From positions 249,933 to 313,932 of the forward strand of contig JBBATK010000001.1 of NCBI GenBank assembly GCA_040398805.1: a DNA stretch of 64,000 bases, in the 5' to 3' direction. This stretch comes from Candidatus Kapaibacterium sp. GTDB taxonomy: Bacteria > Bacteroidota > Ignavibacteria > Kapaibacteriales > NICIL-2. Both the position numbers and the translations under genes were made by a program. Below the pieces are notes generated by a model. That model saw only the letters and a list, made by a program, of their open reading frames with translations. It made no database searches and was not told the origin of the DNA. Below, piece by piece: positions 30,806 through 41,500 of the stretch. How positions within the stretch are numbered: position 1 is the first letter of the stretch; the number at the start of each line of letters is the position of its first letter.

Positions 30806-31703
30806 GATGGTGGTCTTTCGAATAATCTGATGGGTTGTACTTCCAACGTTTATGCTGCCATGACCATTGTCCCGGGTACTGGCGGATGATATCCTCGATG
30901 ATCGTCGTGCAACGCTGGACGAGCGTTTCCCGACCTTCCGGGGTGTCATCGATTCCATCCATCGAGACACGACCCGTCTTGACGACGTATCGCCCGTCAG
31001 CTTCTCGAATGGCAAACGCCGTGATGATATCGGCATTGAATCGAAGAGCAAGAGTCGCCGGAGCTTCGAATGTGACGGCGGGCCTTCCGAAAAAATCCAC
31101 GAACACATCCTTCCGCGGATCCGCCGCCTGATCGAGCATCATGCAGACGAAGCCGGCGGTGTTCAACGTGCGGACGATCTCTTTGGCGGCGTCGTCCATG
31201 GGTACCACACGAACGTTGTCCGAACTCCGACACTGATTGATGAGATCATTCATCAATCGGTTCCGTTGGGTCTTGGCGATGGAAATGGCACGAACGGATG
31301 CAAGATCCGCTGTCACCGGGACGGCCAATTCCCAATTGCCGATATGAGCACTGAGAAGGATGGCACCTTTGCCCTGGTCGCGGTTTCTCACGATCTCGTT
31401 ATCCTGTTCGAAAGAGAAGAGTGACAATCGCTCCTCCGCCGGCATGGACGAGATGGAGAAAAGTTCCACGTAACAGGTGGCGAAGTTGAGGTACGACTGT
31501 TTGGCGATGGAAGCTATCCACTCCTCTGTCGCATTCGGATACGCACACCTGACGTTATCCAGAGTGGTTCGCCAGCGGGAGGCAGACGACAGGACAAGCA
31601 GACGCGCGACGATGCGGGAAAGGACGGCTCGGACATGCGTTCCGCCTTTACCACCAAGGAACCCGAGAAGCCGTGCCAGCGTGTATGTCAATCTCTCAAG
31701 CAT
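30795..31703 (-). CDS. lpxL: Lipid A biosynthesis acyltransferase (LpxL/HtrB lysophospholipid acyltransferase family)
   Basis: LpxL-family H(X)4D region in ILLSAHIGNWEL and the typical length; the start is chosen at MLERLTY. Confidence 0.7.
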   Translation of the reverse strand: MLERLTYTLARLLGFLGGKGGTHVRAVLSRIVARLLVLSSASRWRTTLDNVRCAYPNATEEWIASIAKQSYLNFATCYVELFSISSMPAEERLSLFSFEQDNEIVRNRDQGKGAILLSAHIGNWELAVPVTADLASVRAISIAKTQRNRLMNDLINQCRSSDNVRVVPMDDAAKEIVRTLNTAGFVCMMLDQAADPRKDVFVDFFGRPAVTFEAPATLALRFNADIITAFAIREADGRYVVKTGRVSMDGIDDTPEGRETLVQRCTTIIEDIIRQYPGQWSWQHKRWKYNPSDYSKDHHHAS

Positions 31704-31707
31704 CGTG

Positions 31708-33093
31708 CTATTTGTTCTGCGACGGATCGATCGCATAGCGTCTATACCATAAGTCGTCGCGATGCTCGTTGAGCGCGGTGGAGTGGACAAGCGTGACATT
31801 GCCGGATCCCCGTTTGTCCACGAAAACGAAGATCACGCCTCCCTGGATGTTATCATACTCCCAGGTCTCGTGCGGGAAAGCGGCATCGTGATTGAAAATC
31901 ACCCTGTTGATATTCGTTGGAAAACCGTACCGAAGAATCACACGCCCGCGATCGCTATCCCACCCCCGCGGTGAGAAAGGATTGGTGAAGTTGAGTTTCG
32001 CATACTCAACCGCTTTTTTGAAGTCCTCATATCGCTCATTGACCGTTGTGGAGGGATTGGGGTCCTTGTGATACCAGTACCGGAAAAGAAACTTCTGTTT
32101 CGCATTCAGGGTGCTTAGTTGCTGGAAGCTCACCAGTTCTATATCGGGTCCGACCCGCTTGGCTTTTTCATATTCCTCTTGGATGCTTTCGGCATTCATG
32201 GTAGCGAACTCGCTTGCCAGAAAAAGCTGGTCCTCACTGAAAAGATCGGAAAGTTCCGGAGGGTACGCGGGGTTGAGGATATAGAATTTCTTCGACACCT
32301 GACTCGTTGGAATCGATGAACCATCCGGATGAAGGAGTGTAGCAGTAATGTAATAGACGCCGCTTGGAAGTATGTGAACCTGCTGCTCATAGACATCGGC
32401 CGCAACTGCATCCTTGACGCGTATGGTATGCGTCATGTCGAGAATGGGACGTCTGACGGCGTCGCTTATCGAATACAGCACCGACACGCTGTCCACCGGG
32501 TTGACAATATCCTGATTGATTTCCACATAGGTGCGTAATACCGGCATGTCACCGCAAACCTCTCTCGATGGAAGGACACTCACAGACGTCAGCGAAATCT
32601 CGTTCTTGCGTGTAGAATCCACCTCCGGTATCTGACAAATCAGGAGGTCACTGAGCGACAAACCTTTCTTCGAAAATGCTCGAATGACAAGAGGTACCTT
32701 GACGAATTCCTTTCGAGATGGACGTTGTCGGTCGGTTACCGAAAAGTTCAGGGTATACTGGCCCGGCTTCAATTGAAATGATTGGCGACTCACAAAGGTT
32801 TTGCGATTCGAATCAGCTGTGTTGGAAAGAGCACTCTCGACGCTGAACCGACGCTTTACTATTGAGTCTAACCCACTGAGACACACGATGTCGAAATCGA
32901 TTGCGCCCATCAACCCCGACGTGCTCTTCTTGTAGATGAACTGGGTGTCGGCCACCGCGACATAGACATCGACTCGAAGACGACCGGAGTCGCCTTTGAA
33001 CTGGGCAACGTCATACCCGAAGCGCGGTCCGTCGGCCCACACGCTCACGTGGAGGAAGAGAACGGATAGGAAGTACAGATAGGGACGACGCAT
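31708..33093 (-). CDS. GWxTD domain-containing secreted protein
   Basis: A signal peptide and a C-terminal GWDSDRGRVILRYGFP block that matches the GWxTDrGrvy-type motif of this FCB-group family. Confidence 0.65.
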   Translation of the reverse strand: MRRPYLYFLSVLFLHVSVWADGPRFGYDVAQFKGDSGRLRVDVYVAVADTQFIYKKSTSGLMGAIDFDIVCLSGLDSIVKRRFSVESALSNTADSNRKTFVSRQSFQLKPGQYTLNFSVTDRQRPSRKEFVKVPLVIRAFSKKGLSLSDLLICQIPEVDSTRKNEISLTSVSVLPSREVCGDMPVLRTYVEINQDIVNPVDSVSVLYSISDAVRRPILDMTHTIRVKDAVAADVYEQQVHILPSGVYYITATLLHPDGSSIPTSQVSKKFYILNPAYPPELSDLFSEDQLFLASEFATMNAESIQEEYEKAKRVGPDIELVSFQQLSTLNAKQKFLFRYWYHKDPNPSTTVNERYEDFKKAVEYAKLNFTNPFSPRGWDSDRGRVILRYGFPTNINRVIFNHDAAFPHETWEYDNIQGGVIFVFVDKRGSGNVTLVHSTALNEHRDDLWYRRYAIDPSQNK

Positions 33094-33160
33094 GAGGCAA
33101 AAATACCAAGTGCCGACATGGTTCCCCGTGTCGGCACTTGCTTCTTACAAAAACCGTTTC

Positions 33161-34291
33161 TTATTGGAAGCGCAGAGCCACACTCAAACGATTGACAACA
33201 CCAAGATCGGTTGTAGGCTGAATAGCGAAATCGACCATTCCGTCGAAGCCACCACCGACATACCGGACGCCGACACCGCCACTCAGTCCGAACTGGTCTT
33301 GATTGTAACGATAGCCGGCGCGGATGCAGAAGAGGTCGTTCCACGTGTATTCGGCACCAATTGCAGCTTGCTCGGGAACATCGGAAAGCGTCTCGAAGTC
33401 AGCAGCCATGACCAAGCGATGTTCTCTCGAGGTGTTGATGCCGAGATCAGGCAACGACTCGTACATCCCGAACCACTCAGACAACACGTCGCAAGCGATA
33501 CCAGCTTTAAAGGTCAGGGGAACATTGAAAGGACTGCTAAGAAGCGTCGCATCCAATTTCTGGTACTGTAACTGCGTAATCAGATCCGTTTTCGTAAACA
33601 GGTTGTTACCAGTGAACTGCATCTGCGATCCGAGATTACTGATCGAGAAGCCAGCACGATAGCCGCCGAAGCGGTACAACGTACCGATATCGACGAACAG
33701 GCCGGAAGCGGAAAGTGACGAGATGTTGTTCTGGACGAACTTCATCGACACGCCGAAACTGAACTGTTCCGTCAAGAATGCCGCAAAAGATCCGGCAATG
33801 GCCATATCGGCGATCTCGTACGAATTGCCTAGGCGGTTTTCGTCTTCGAGCGTCGTCAGCGGGATCGCACCGCTCGACAACGACGTAATGGAAAGGCCTG
33901 CCTTGTACTTCTCCCCTACCGGAAACACGCCGGCCAGGAAATTGTGACTATAGCCACCGAACCACTGCGTATGCGATATGTTAGCAGCATAGCCCTTGAT
34001 GTCGACGATTCCAGCAGAATTATAGAACAACGCGGAAAGATCGTTGGAGACTCCTGCGAAGGCACCTGCCATACCGTTGGCCCGAGCTCCTACGCCGATG
34101 CGCAGAAACTGTCCACCTGCAGCACCGACCTTACGGAACTGGCCACCGCTCACGCCTTGTGCATTATCACGAGGGTTCTGCGCAAGAGCTCCGAATGAGA
34201 GGAGCACCAATGCAGCGAACAGTGTACCGTACACTCGAGAGGTCTTGTTGATTACTGAGTTTTTCATATTCAGGATTAGATGTTTGTACAC
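33161..34291 (-). CDS. Second PorV/PorQ-family T9SS outer-membrane beta-barrel (paralogue of porV)
   Basis: 376 aa with a signal peptide, the motif IGVGARANGMAGAFAGVSNDLSALFYNSAGIV (compare PorV at 4731: PDARASGMGECGTALADNINAIFWNTGGLA), beta-barrel pattern and C-terminal RFQ. It lies 9 bp downstream of the CTD cargo gene. Confidence 0.65.
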   Translation of the reverse strand: MYKHLILNMKNSVINKTSRVYGTLFAALVLLSFGALAQNPRDNAQGVSGGQFRKVGAAGGQFLRIGVGARANGMAGAFAGVSNDLSALFYNSAGIVDIKGYAANISHTQWFGGYSHNFLAGVFPVGEKYKAGLSITSLSSGAIPLTTLEDENRLGNSYEIADMAIAGSFAAFLTEQFSFGVSMKFVQNNISSLSASGLFVDIGTLYRFGGYRAGFSISNLGSQMQFTGNNLFTKTDLITQLQYQKLDATLLSSPFNVPLTFKAGIACDVLSEWFGMYESLPDLGINTSREHRLVMAADFETLSDVPEQAAIGAEYTWNDLFCIRAGYRYNQDQFGLSGGVGVRYVGGGFDGMVDFAIQPTTDLGVVNRLSVALRFQ

Positions 34292-34299
34292 TGTGACGA

Positions 34300-37200
34300 T
34301 TAGCGAACCAGACGAGCACCACCGACGACAACGGAGAACTTCTTGATAGTCTTCGCACCATTTGGCGTCTCGATGACGGCAAAGAGTCCTTGACTCGTCG
34401 CACGTTGCTTGTTGTTGCTCAGAAGGTCCCAGATATCCATACCCTGGCGGTTAGTCCCGTCCTGATCAACGTGTTGAATCGTACGGATCAGATCGCCGTT
34501 CACCGTGTAGACTCTGATCGTGCACTCCTTGGGCAAGCGAGTGAAGAATATCTTGGCGTCGTAGGTAGACTTCTGACCGATGGACGAGATGACATACGGA
34601 TTCGGAACAACAAGGACATTGTTCAGGATATCGTCCGTGACGGCCTGGTTACCGTCCGCATCGAGAGGAAGTTCCGATGGACTGATGGTCATCGTCACCG
34701 TTGCTCCATCCTTCGGCAACCCAAACGCGCCTCCGAATGTCGACAACATGATCTTGTCTCCCGCTTGAAAATCCTTCGTCGGAATCAACGGAGTCTCCTG
34801 CGTGGAATCCGTATAGAGGCGTTCGTACGTTCTTCCACCGGAGGTAGCACCGGATCGTCCACCCTTGGCGGCATAGTCGATGAGGTACTCTGCACCGTCG
34901 ATTGCTATGAAGTGCGTGAAATCCAACGTGTCGTTGTTCTGAATCTTGGACAGGTAATACCGTCCCTGAGCAACCGGACGCCCGGTGTTTGTCTCCAAAG
35001 CTTGATAGCGTCGTGAATTGATTTTACCGATGGAGTTTGATTCCTTATCTGCGATGTTCGAAGCGGAATACCTACCGTTCAACCAGCCGTTCGCCGACAG
35101 ATTGAACGAGCCAACCGGAACAGCTTGGGGATCGGGGAACTCGCGAACAGTGGCCGTACCATTGGGAAGGTTCGGCGCGAGGGTCACCGGTAGCGAAACC
35201 GTTGCATGAGGGATATCTGCGCTGTTGCGAACCTCGATGCTGTCCTTTGTCGTTGCATCGAAACGCTTGAACGAGTACGTATTACGAACCCGAACATTCA
35301 GATATGGCACCTCCGTAAAATTGACCGTCACCGTGTCGACCACCGGAGTAGGAGGTGTCTTCGACGAGTCGATGTACCGACGGAGTCTCTTTGACGTGAT
35401 GTTTTCGACTCCTCCGGGAAGGAACTCCACGTCGTACCGACCAGGTCCGTTGTTGTAGGTCTCGTATCGAAGCAGCGAACCATTCAAGCGCGTGCGTTGA
35501 AGTCGTTCGTTCGGTGTGCTGTTGATCTTGCTATCCGACAACTGGACATCCGAGTTTCCTGCAACATGCTTGATGCCATCGACGCGAAGATATCCGCCCA
35601 GCTGCTGCATCGTGAAGTCGAACTCGATTCCCAGAGCTCCGTTGATGAAACGGTTCGGTGCGTTGCACGGCCGGTTGGTCGAGAACATACCAGACCGAGT
35701 AACGACGGAGCGATTGAACGGATTCGCGAAGTTAGCGGAGTCCGCCAGCAAGGAATCTGCGTCGAAACGACGGCCGGGTGACATTTGAACGACGGAGCAC
35801 TCACTGAAGAGTCCGGAGAACACGCAATCTTGAGGTTCATAGTACACATCGAAGTCGCCGAGCAAGGTGTTGGTCGTCAAATCTCGAACGTTCAGCGTAT
35901 GAGTATAGATACCCTCGAGGAGATTCAACGAATTACGATCAAATGCAGAGTCGACGGATGCATACGCACCATTGAACGCAAGGATATTCCGTTTGAACTC
36001 TAGTTGAATCTTATGACCGCCGAACAGCTCGTTGAAACGCTGTTGATCACCGGCGACGAGACGGAAGTTATGCAAACCCCCAAGGGAATTCGTGTCATAT
36101 TCCACCGAAGCCACGCCCGAATTCACCGAGGAACCCTGCGCCAGCGGGAACGCCTGCTGGAGATTCACTTTCTCCACCCCGTTATTCGTCTTGATGGGAG
36201 TTCTTTGGAAGTAATCCCCTTCGTCATACGCCAAGAGGCGATAGTAGTAATCAACATTATTGATGAGTTTCTCCGTCTTGGTGAGATCGGGGTCTGAGGA
36301 AACAACACCGTCCTGATTGTCATCGCCATAATCGACGTATCGGCGCTTCGACGTCACAGAATCGATGTAACGGCCCACCAGACTGCGATATTCTACTGTG
36401 TTTTCCAAGTCGTCGACAAGCCAGATGAGTTGAGCCTTACTATCGATGACCTGACGATACATGCTGTTGATCGCAACGCGGACGGCGGCTGTATCCGTTG
36501 CGGAGAATTTCGGAACAACCCCATTAGGACGTATGCGGACGAGACCGAGAGTCAAACTATCGTATTTGATCGGTGTGCTATACGCCGCTCGAGGGATCAA
36601 CGGAGCAAAAAACGAACGCCACGGTTCCGATCCCGTATTGGGAATGCGACGTATCAGGAACACACTCGTATCGCGCTCATCTGCGCTTGTGATGAACTTC
36701 GGATACAGTCTGCTGTATCCCGATTTCGTCAGGACCGTCGCGGAGGGGAAGAAGGGCGTCAAGATCGTCGTCGAATCGGCCTTGATGTCCGAAGAAACAT
36801 ACGGCTTCGGACATTCCCACCGTGCGATTTCCTTCCAACCGAACGGCCCCTTACCGAGCGAGTAATTCGCACTCGGAAGAGTCTGATTCACGTCGAAGGT
36901 GTCAAGATTGTTCACGCGAGCACGGAAAAGACGGTACCCGAGAAAGTCCATGCCCTTCTCTTGCGGGTCCACGGATGCCTCAGATGTCTTGTCCCATTCG
37001 ACGATGACACCATTATTGATTGGCTTCCATGTGATAGGGCCCACATCGGGCGGCTTCGGAGTAGCGAACGCATTGTCATAGACCGCTTGAGCGAATTTGT
37101 CACGACGGATGAGCTCGGACAGGTCGGCGCTGTCTCCGGTGGCTTCAGCACCTTTACCGGGAGGGGCGAAAATCATTCCAAGAACGACGCGGGCGGTGTC

Positions 37201-38529
37201 ACCTGGAGCCATGTTGAACGGTCCCGTCGCCATAAGGAATCGCTTATCGCCGGCTGCACCGTCACCGTCACGCTGACCCAACGCCATGAAGTCGTAACGT
37301 CCGATATCGCTCGTCGGATCGTTGGCAATCACCCAGTTTCTGAAGGTGCGAAGACCGATCTGTTCTTCACTCGTGTAGTACCCCTTGTCATGGCGGATGA
37401 AGCCGTTATTCGGATCCACAGCCGGACTCTCGAGAAAGTCCATGCCGATATATCCGAAGCCTTTTCCTCTTTCTACCGCGTTGTTTGTCTCAGACCATTG
37501 GAACGCCAAGTTTAATGTCGTGTCTTGAGAATAATAATTGACGCGGTCGTTATTCGCGATTTGCGCTCCCCCGTTCGGACCTATATCGAAGTCATAGGCA
37601 GGAGCCATCCAACACTTGTTCAGTGTATCCTTCGAGCGATTGATGATGTTATAGGCGATGAACAAGAAGTTCGCGTATTCGCCATAGCCCCATGAGTAGA
37701 TGGTCTGCTCATATTGAAGACGCAACGGATACCCACGACTTTCCGCAATATCCTTACCATCCTCGAACTGACGAAGGTCCGTGTCCTTGTACGTCGCGAA
37801 GATATCTTCATTCGAAACGAAAACTGGTCCCTTCTTCTTGCCATCGTCTGTCGTCGGCATCGACTCGCTGTTCCGCTGATTGACGTCGTACATGTACTTA
37901 CCGAAGTACCGAGTCTTCTCCTTATCGAAAGCATTATAGGAGAGGGTGTCTCCAGGCCCCGAGAAATCCCAGATCGCCCAATTCGGACCGTCAGCGGGAC
38001 GGCGCGGAGAACCGTCCACCTTGAAGTCCGTCGAAATGTATGTACGATACTTGGAGATACTCTCGGGATCGTCCTTCACTTCATCACCGTCTTCGATACG
38101 TCCAGGAGAAAGCCAGGAAGCGCCCGAATTCGGATTGTACGAGATTTCCGACATCTTCCGAATGATCGTATCTGTCGTTCCTGCCGCTGAATCGCGAATG
38201 ATGAGCTTTTTCGTTGCTGCGAACCATACACCTCCACCGAATATATATTGGTTCTGCGAGTTACGAGGCCAAAAGCCCCCACCGACGTTATTGGCAACAT
38301 TCAAACCGAAGATGCCGTAGTTCGTCGTATAGAACTGAATCTTACTGACGGTATTCTGTTGAAGGTCATTCTGTTTGAATACCCGTTGCAACTGATTCTT
38401 CCCTTTCGTCTTCGTTCTATCAATGTCTTTCGCTGATACGGTCGATAGACTTCCTACCAACAGCATCAAAAGACACGACATGCCGACCGGGCGTAGAAGG
38501 TTCATTGTATAATCTCCTAATGTTTTCAT
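34300..38529 (-). CDS. Very large secreted protein (1409 aa) of unknown function carrying a T9SS C-terminal sorting domain
   Basis: A signal peptide (MSCLLMLLVGSLSTVSA), a beta-rich N/T/S/G/Y-biased body with no HEXXH or subtilase motifs, and a C-terminal CTD (LVVPNPYV...CTIRVYTVNGDLIRTI...GLFAVIETPNG...). 38505 is an alternative start. Confidence 0.7.
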   Translation of the reverse strand: MKTLGDYTMNLLRPVGMSCLLMLLVGSLSTVSAKDIDRTKTKGKNQLQRVFKQNDLQQNTVSKIQFYTTNYGIFGLNVANNVGGGFWPRNSQNQYIFGGGVWFAATKKLIIRDSAAGTTDTIIRKMSEISYNPNSGASWLSPGRIEDGDEVKDDPESISKYRTYISTDFKVDGSPRRPADGPNWAIWDFSGPGDTLSYNAFDKEKTRYFGKYMYDVNQRNSESMPTTDDGKKKGPVFVSNEDIFATYKDTDLRQFEDGKDIAESRGYPLRLQYEQTIYSWGYGEYANFLFIAYNIINRSKDTLNKCWMAPAYDFDIGPNGGAQIANNDRVNYYSQDTTLNLAFQWSETNNAVERGKGFGYIGMDFLESPAVDPNNGFIRHDKGYYTSEEQIGLRTFRNWVIANDPTSDIGRYDFMALGQRDGDGAAGDKRFLMATGPFNMAPGDTARVVLGMIFAPPGKGAEATGDSADLSELIRRDKFAQAVYDNAFATPKPPDVGPITWKPINNGVIVEWDKTSEASVDPQEKGMDFLGYRLFRARVNNLDTFDVNQTLPSANYSLGKGPFGWKEIARWECPKPYVSSDIKADSTTILTPFFPSATVLTKSGYSRLYPKFITSADERDTSVFLIRRIPNTGSEPWRSFFAPLIPRAAYSTPIKYDSLTLGLVRIRPNGVVPKFSATDTAAVRVAINSMYRQVIDSKAQLIWLVDDLENTVEYRSLVGRYIDSVTSKRRYVDYGDDNQDGVVSSDPDLTKTEKLINNVDYYYRLLAYDEGDYFQRTPIKTNNGVEKVNLQQAFPLAQGSSVNSGVASVEYDTNSLGGLHNFRLVAGDQQRFNELFGGHKIQLEFKRNILAFNGAYASVDSAFDRNSLNLLEGIYTHTLNVRDLTTNTLLGDFDVYYEPQDCVFSGLFSECSVVQMSPGRRFDADSLLADSANFANPFNRSVVTRSGMFSTNRPCNAPNRFINGALGIEFDFTMQQLGGYLRVDGIKHVAGNSDVQLSDSKINSTPNERLQRTRLNGSLLRYETYNNGPGRYDVEFLPGGVENITSKRLRRYIDSSKTPPTPVVDTVTVNFTEVPYLNVRVRNTYSFKRFDATTKDSIEVRNSADIPHATVSLPVTLAPNLPNGTATVREFPDPQAVPVGSFNLSANGWLNGRYSASNIADKESNSIGKINSRRYQALETNTGRPVAQGRYYLSKIQNNDTLDFTHFIAIDGAEYLIDYAAKGGRSGATSGGRTYERLYTDSTQETPLIPTKDFQAGDKIMLSTFGGAFGLPKDGATVTMTISPSELPLDADGNQAVTDDILNNVLVVPNPYVISSIGQKSTYDAKIFFTRLPKECTIRVYTVNGDLIRTIQHVDQDGTNRQGMDIWDLLSNNKQRATSQGLFAVIETPNGAKTIKKFSVVVGGARLVR

Positions 38530-38547
38530 GTTCTTTTTATAGCCGTG

Positions 38548-41500
38548 TTAAAATCTGATGTTGAAACCGAAGTACACCTGGCGCGGGAACTGATAGTTGG
38601 TTCTGCGCTTGATCGCATCATTGACATACTTGAGGTACATCTGATACTGCTCGTACTGCGTGACGATACCGTCTTTATTGATATCGCTGTTCACGCTATA
38701 CAGTCGGTTTCCAAGGCGGTCGTATTGCGACAAGGCAAGCGAGTTCGGGTTATTCTCATCCGCTCTGCTATACAACGGCAACGAGGGAAATTCCCCTTGC
38801 TGACGATACAACGATACACCATCGTTGTCAGGATCCTTCGTCCGCGTATACACCAGTATCGGCTCGGTACGGTTGAAGACGTTTATCACATCGAGGAAGA
38901 TTTCGATATCGCTGGCACCGAACGAATCTCCGAAGATACTCTTGAAGGGAATACGACGGGAGATACGGCAATCGATGTTCCACAATGACGGATAACGCTC
39001 ACCGTTGAAATCACCAAGCTGATTACCCTTGAGATCAAGCAGCGTATACGGTTGACCTGACTGGAAGACACCGGTGAAGTTCAGATTCACCAACTCCAGA
39101 ATCTTCATTCCCGCAATGGTCGGTCCTTCGCCGGCACCCCACATCAAACCGCCGTTGAAGTTGATACGGTGACGGCGATCATAATCGAGAGGCGATTCGA
39201 CCAAGGGGAAAATCTTCTTGTCCGTAAAAGGATCAGAACCGGCGGTGATGATACCATAGTTCGAACCTACACTCGACGACGTACCCTGAGCATACTGAAG
39301 CGTATAGTTCAGGGTGAACTCGAAGTTGTTCGACAAGCGACGACGGAGGGAGATCTCGGTTCCGCGGACATTGCCGTACTCGCCGTTACTGACGAGTGAA
39401 TACGGCGTGCGGGTGTCTTCAACGTAGACAAGACCGGTGAGAGAGTAGATATCCTTGTAGTAGGCAGCCACGTCGAGGGCGAAATCATCGGAAAGCTGCG
39501 TGCTATACGAGACGTTGTATTGATTGGTACGTTCGGGACGCAGGTCGGGATTGGAAACTATGGTGTTTCCGCGACGGAGCACCGAAGAGATGTTGTCGTA
39601 CAACGAGGAGAAGATGGGAACCTGCGTATAGATACCGTAGGCGATGGTGAAGAAACTCGCATCGGAAATCGGGTATGACACGAACAAACGAGGACTGAAC
39701 TGTGTTTTGAACGACGCATCGACGCGGGAACTCTGGATGCTTTGCGGCTCGATGGCATACGCTGTTTTCGGATCGAACCCGTCGATACGCAGACCGGGAG
39801 TGAAGTTAATACCCTTGTATTGGATCTGATCACTCACGAAAATCGAACCCATGAGTGCCTGCTTGGGCTTGCTTCCCAGCTCACGCTCTTCGGCGAAAAG
39901 ACTATAGATATCACCACCGAATCGATCGTCATACACATCATAGAACGGATTGCTCGACCACGGAAGCGAGTTCGAGTAACGACGCACCGTGAAGCTTCGG
40001 ACGTCGAATCCGGCTTGCAAGACATGCTTCACGTCACCAAGCTGAATCATGTTCTGATAATTGCTCTTTGCTTGGATGAAGCTTGAGCTCCGGAACTCGA
40101 AGCCACCGCCACCGGCACCGATGAAGATACCTGTCAGACCATACGGATTATTCGTACTCGATGCATCCGTACCTTCTTCGATGTAGCCGGTAAGGTTACT
40201 GGGAACGAATGCATTGAAAGGCCGTTTCGGATCGTTGTCCAGGTACACCGTACCCTGAATGGCCGTATAATTATCAACGACTTTATCCCCTTGATCGCCG
40301 GACTTGCGGACAAGGCGCTGGTCGAACTGACGTTGTTGCAGAACATAATCATCGGTCGGCGTGAAGACTTTGTAGCCGGAGAAGAAGCTCGGTCCAGGCA
40401 AATCCGTCGACACCTTCGAGGGATCTACGGGCACACCATTGACAAGCTTCGATCCTGCGCCCATCGGAATGAAACGACGGGAGTTCTCGGTCACGTTGTT
40501 GTTGAACGAAATGGTCGCCTCATAGAAGCTGGTCGTGCTCAACTCATGATTCAAACGGGCGTAATAACTATAGATGAAGTTGTTCGCAACGTTCTGATGT
40601 GCTCTATTGATGGGCACTGTCGAGTAGAGGATGGTATCATTCAATCGTGTGCTGGGATTGTATTCGAACGTCCGTGAGGGAGCATTGGCATACAGCCAAC
40701 CCCAACCGGCGTAGGAAAGAGAGGTGAGACCCCAAGAACCTCCGAATTGGATTCTCATGTCACTCGACAGTTTGATCGGAAGTCGACCCGTTATATTTCG
40801 GACCTGAGACGATTCTCCCGGGATATGTCCCAAAGAGTTACCGGCTATATCCCGAGCATCCAAACCATCACCCAGGTAGTTCGTCGAGTTCACTGTTCGG
40901 AAATTGTCGGAATAATAGCGCACAGACATATAGAAGGTTGAACCGTCAAGTCCCGGCAACGGTCCGCCGAGTCCGAAGTCGAAGGTGTTTTCCAACATTC
41001 CTAAGGCCTGAAGGCCATTACCCGATTTGCCCCAGAGTCCCGGTACATCGGTCTTGAATCCGAAAAACGCTTCGTAACGGTCTGTACGACCGGTCTTGAC
41101 GGTTTGATTGATGACGCCGGCGGTGGTCTGACCATACTCTGCGCTGGCATTACCACGAATGACCTGTACGTCAGCCGTCGCTGCACGCGATGTCGTCGGT
41201 GCATACTTCAAGTCACCAGTCGATGTCGCAGCCGATCCGAAACCACCGGAGATAGCATCGGAAACGTCCTGGTCATCGATGAGAATACGCGTGTCGGTAT
41301 TTCGACCTCCACGGATACTGATACCACCGCCCGTGGACAATACGCCCGTCGTTGTCAACGCGATCTGCTGAGCATTATCCTTACCGGCCGTACGAAGCAT
41401 GACCTCACCGCTGACCTTATCGGCGACTGCGACTTGCTTATCATCATTGATGCGTTGGGCAGTGACGACGACGTCTTTCGTTACGACGTCTTTGGATTTC

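Noticed and set aside
30806-31108. 100-aa N-terminal extension of the SDR ORF
   Set aside because: It would overlap lpxL extensively. The Rossmann motif begins right after the internal Met (MHLNVTGR).
36430-37515. 361-aa plus-strand ORF inside the 1409-aa gene
   Set aside because: It is an antisense frame of a well-supported long gene, Arg-rich and low-complexity, with no motifs.
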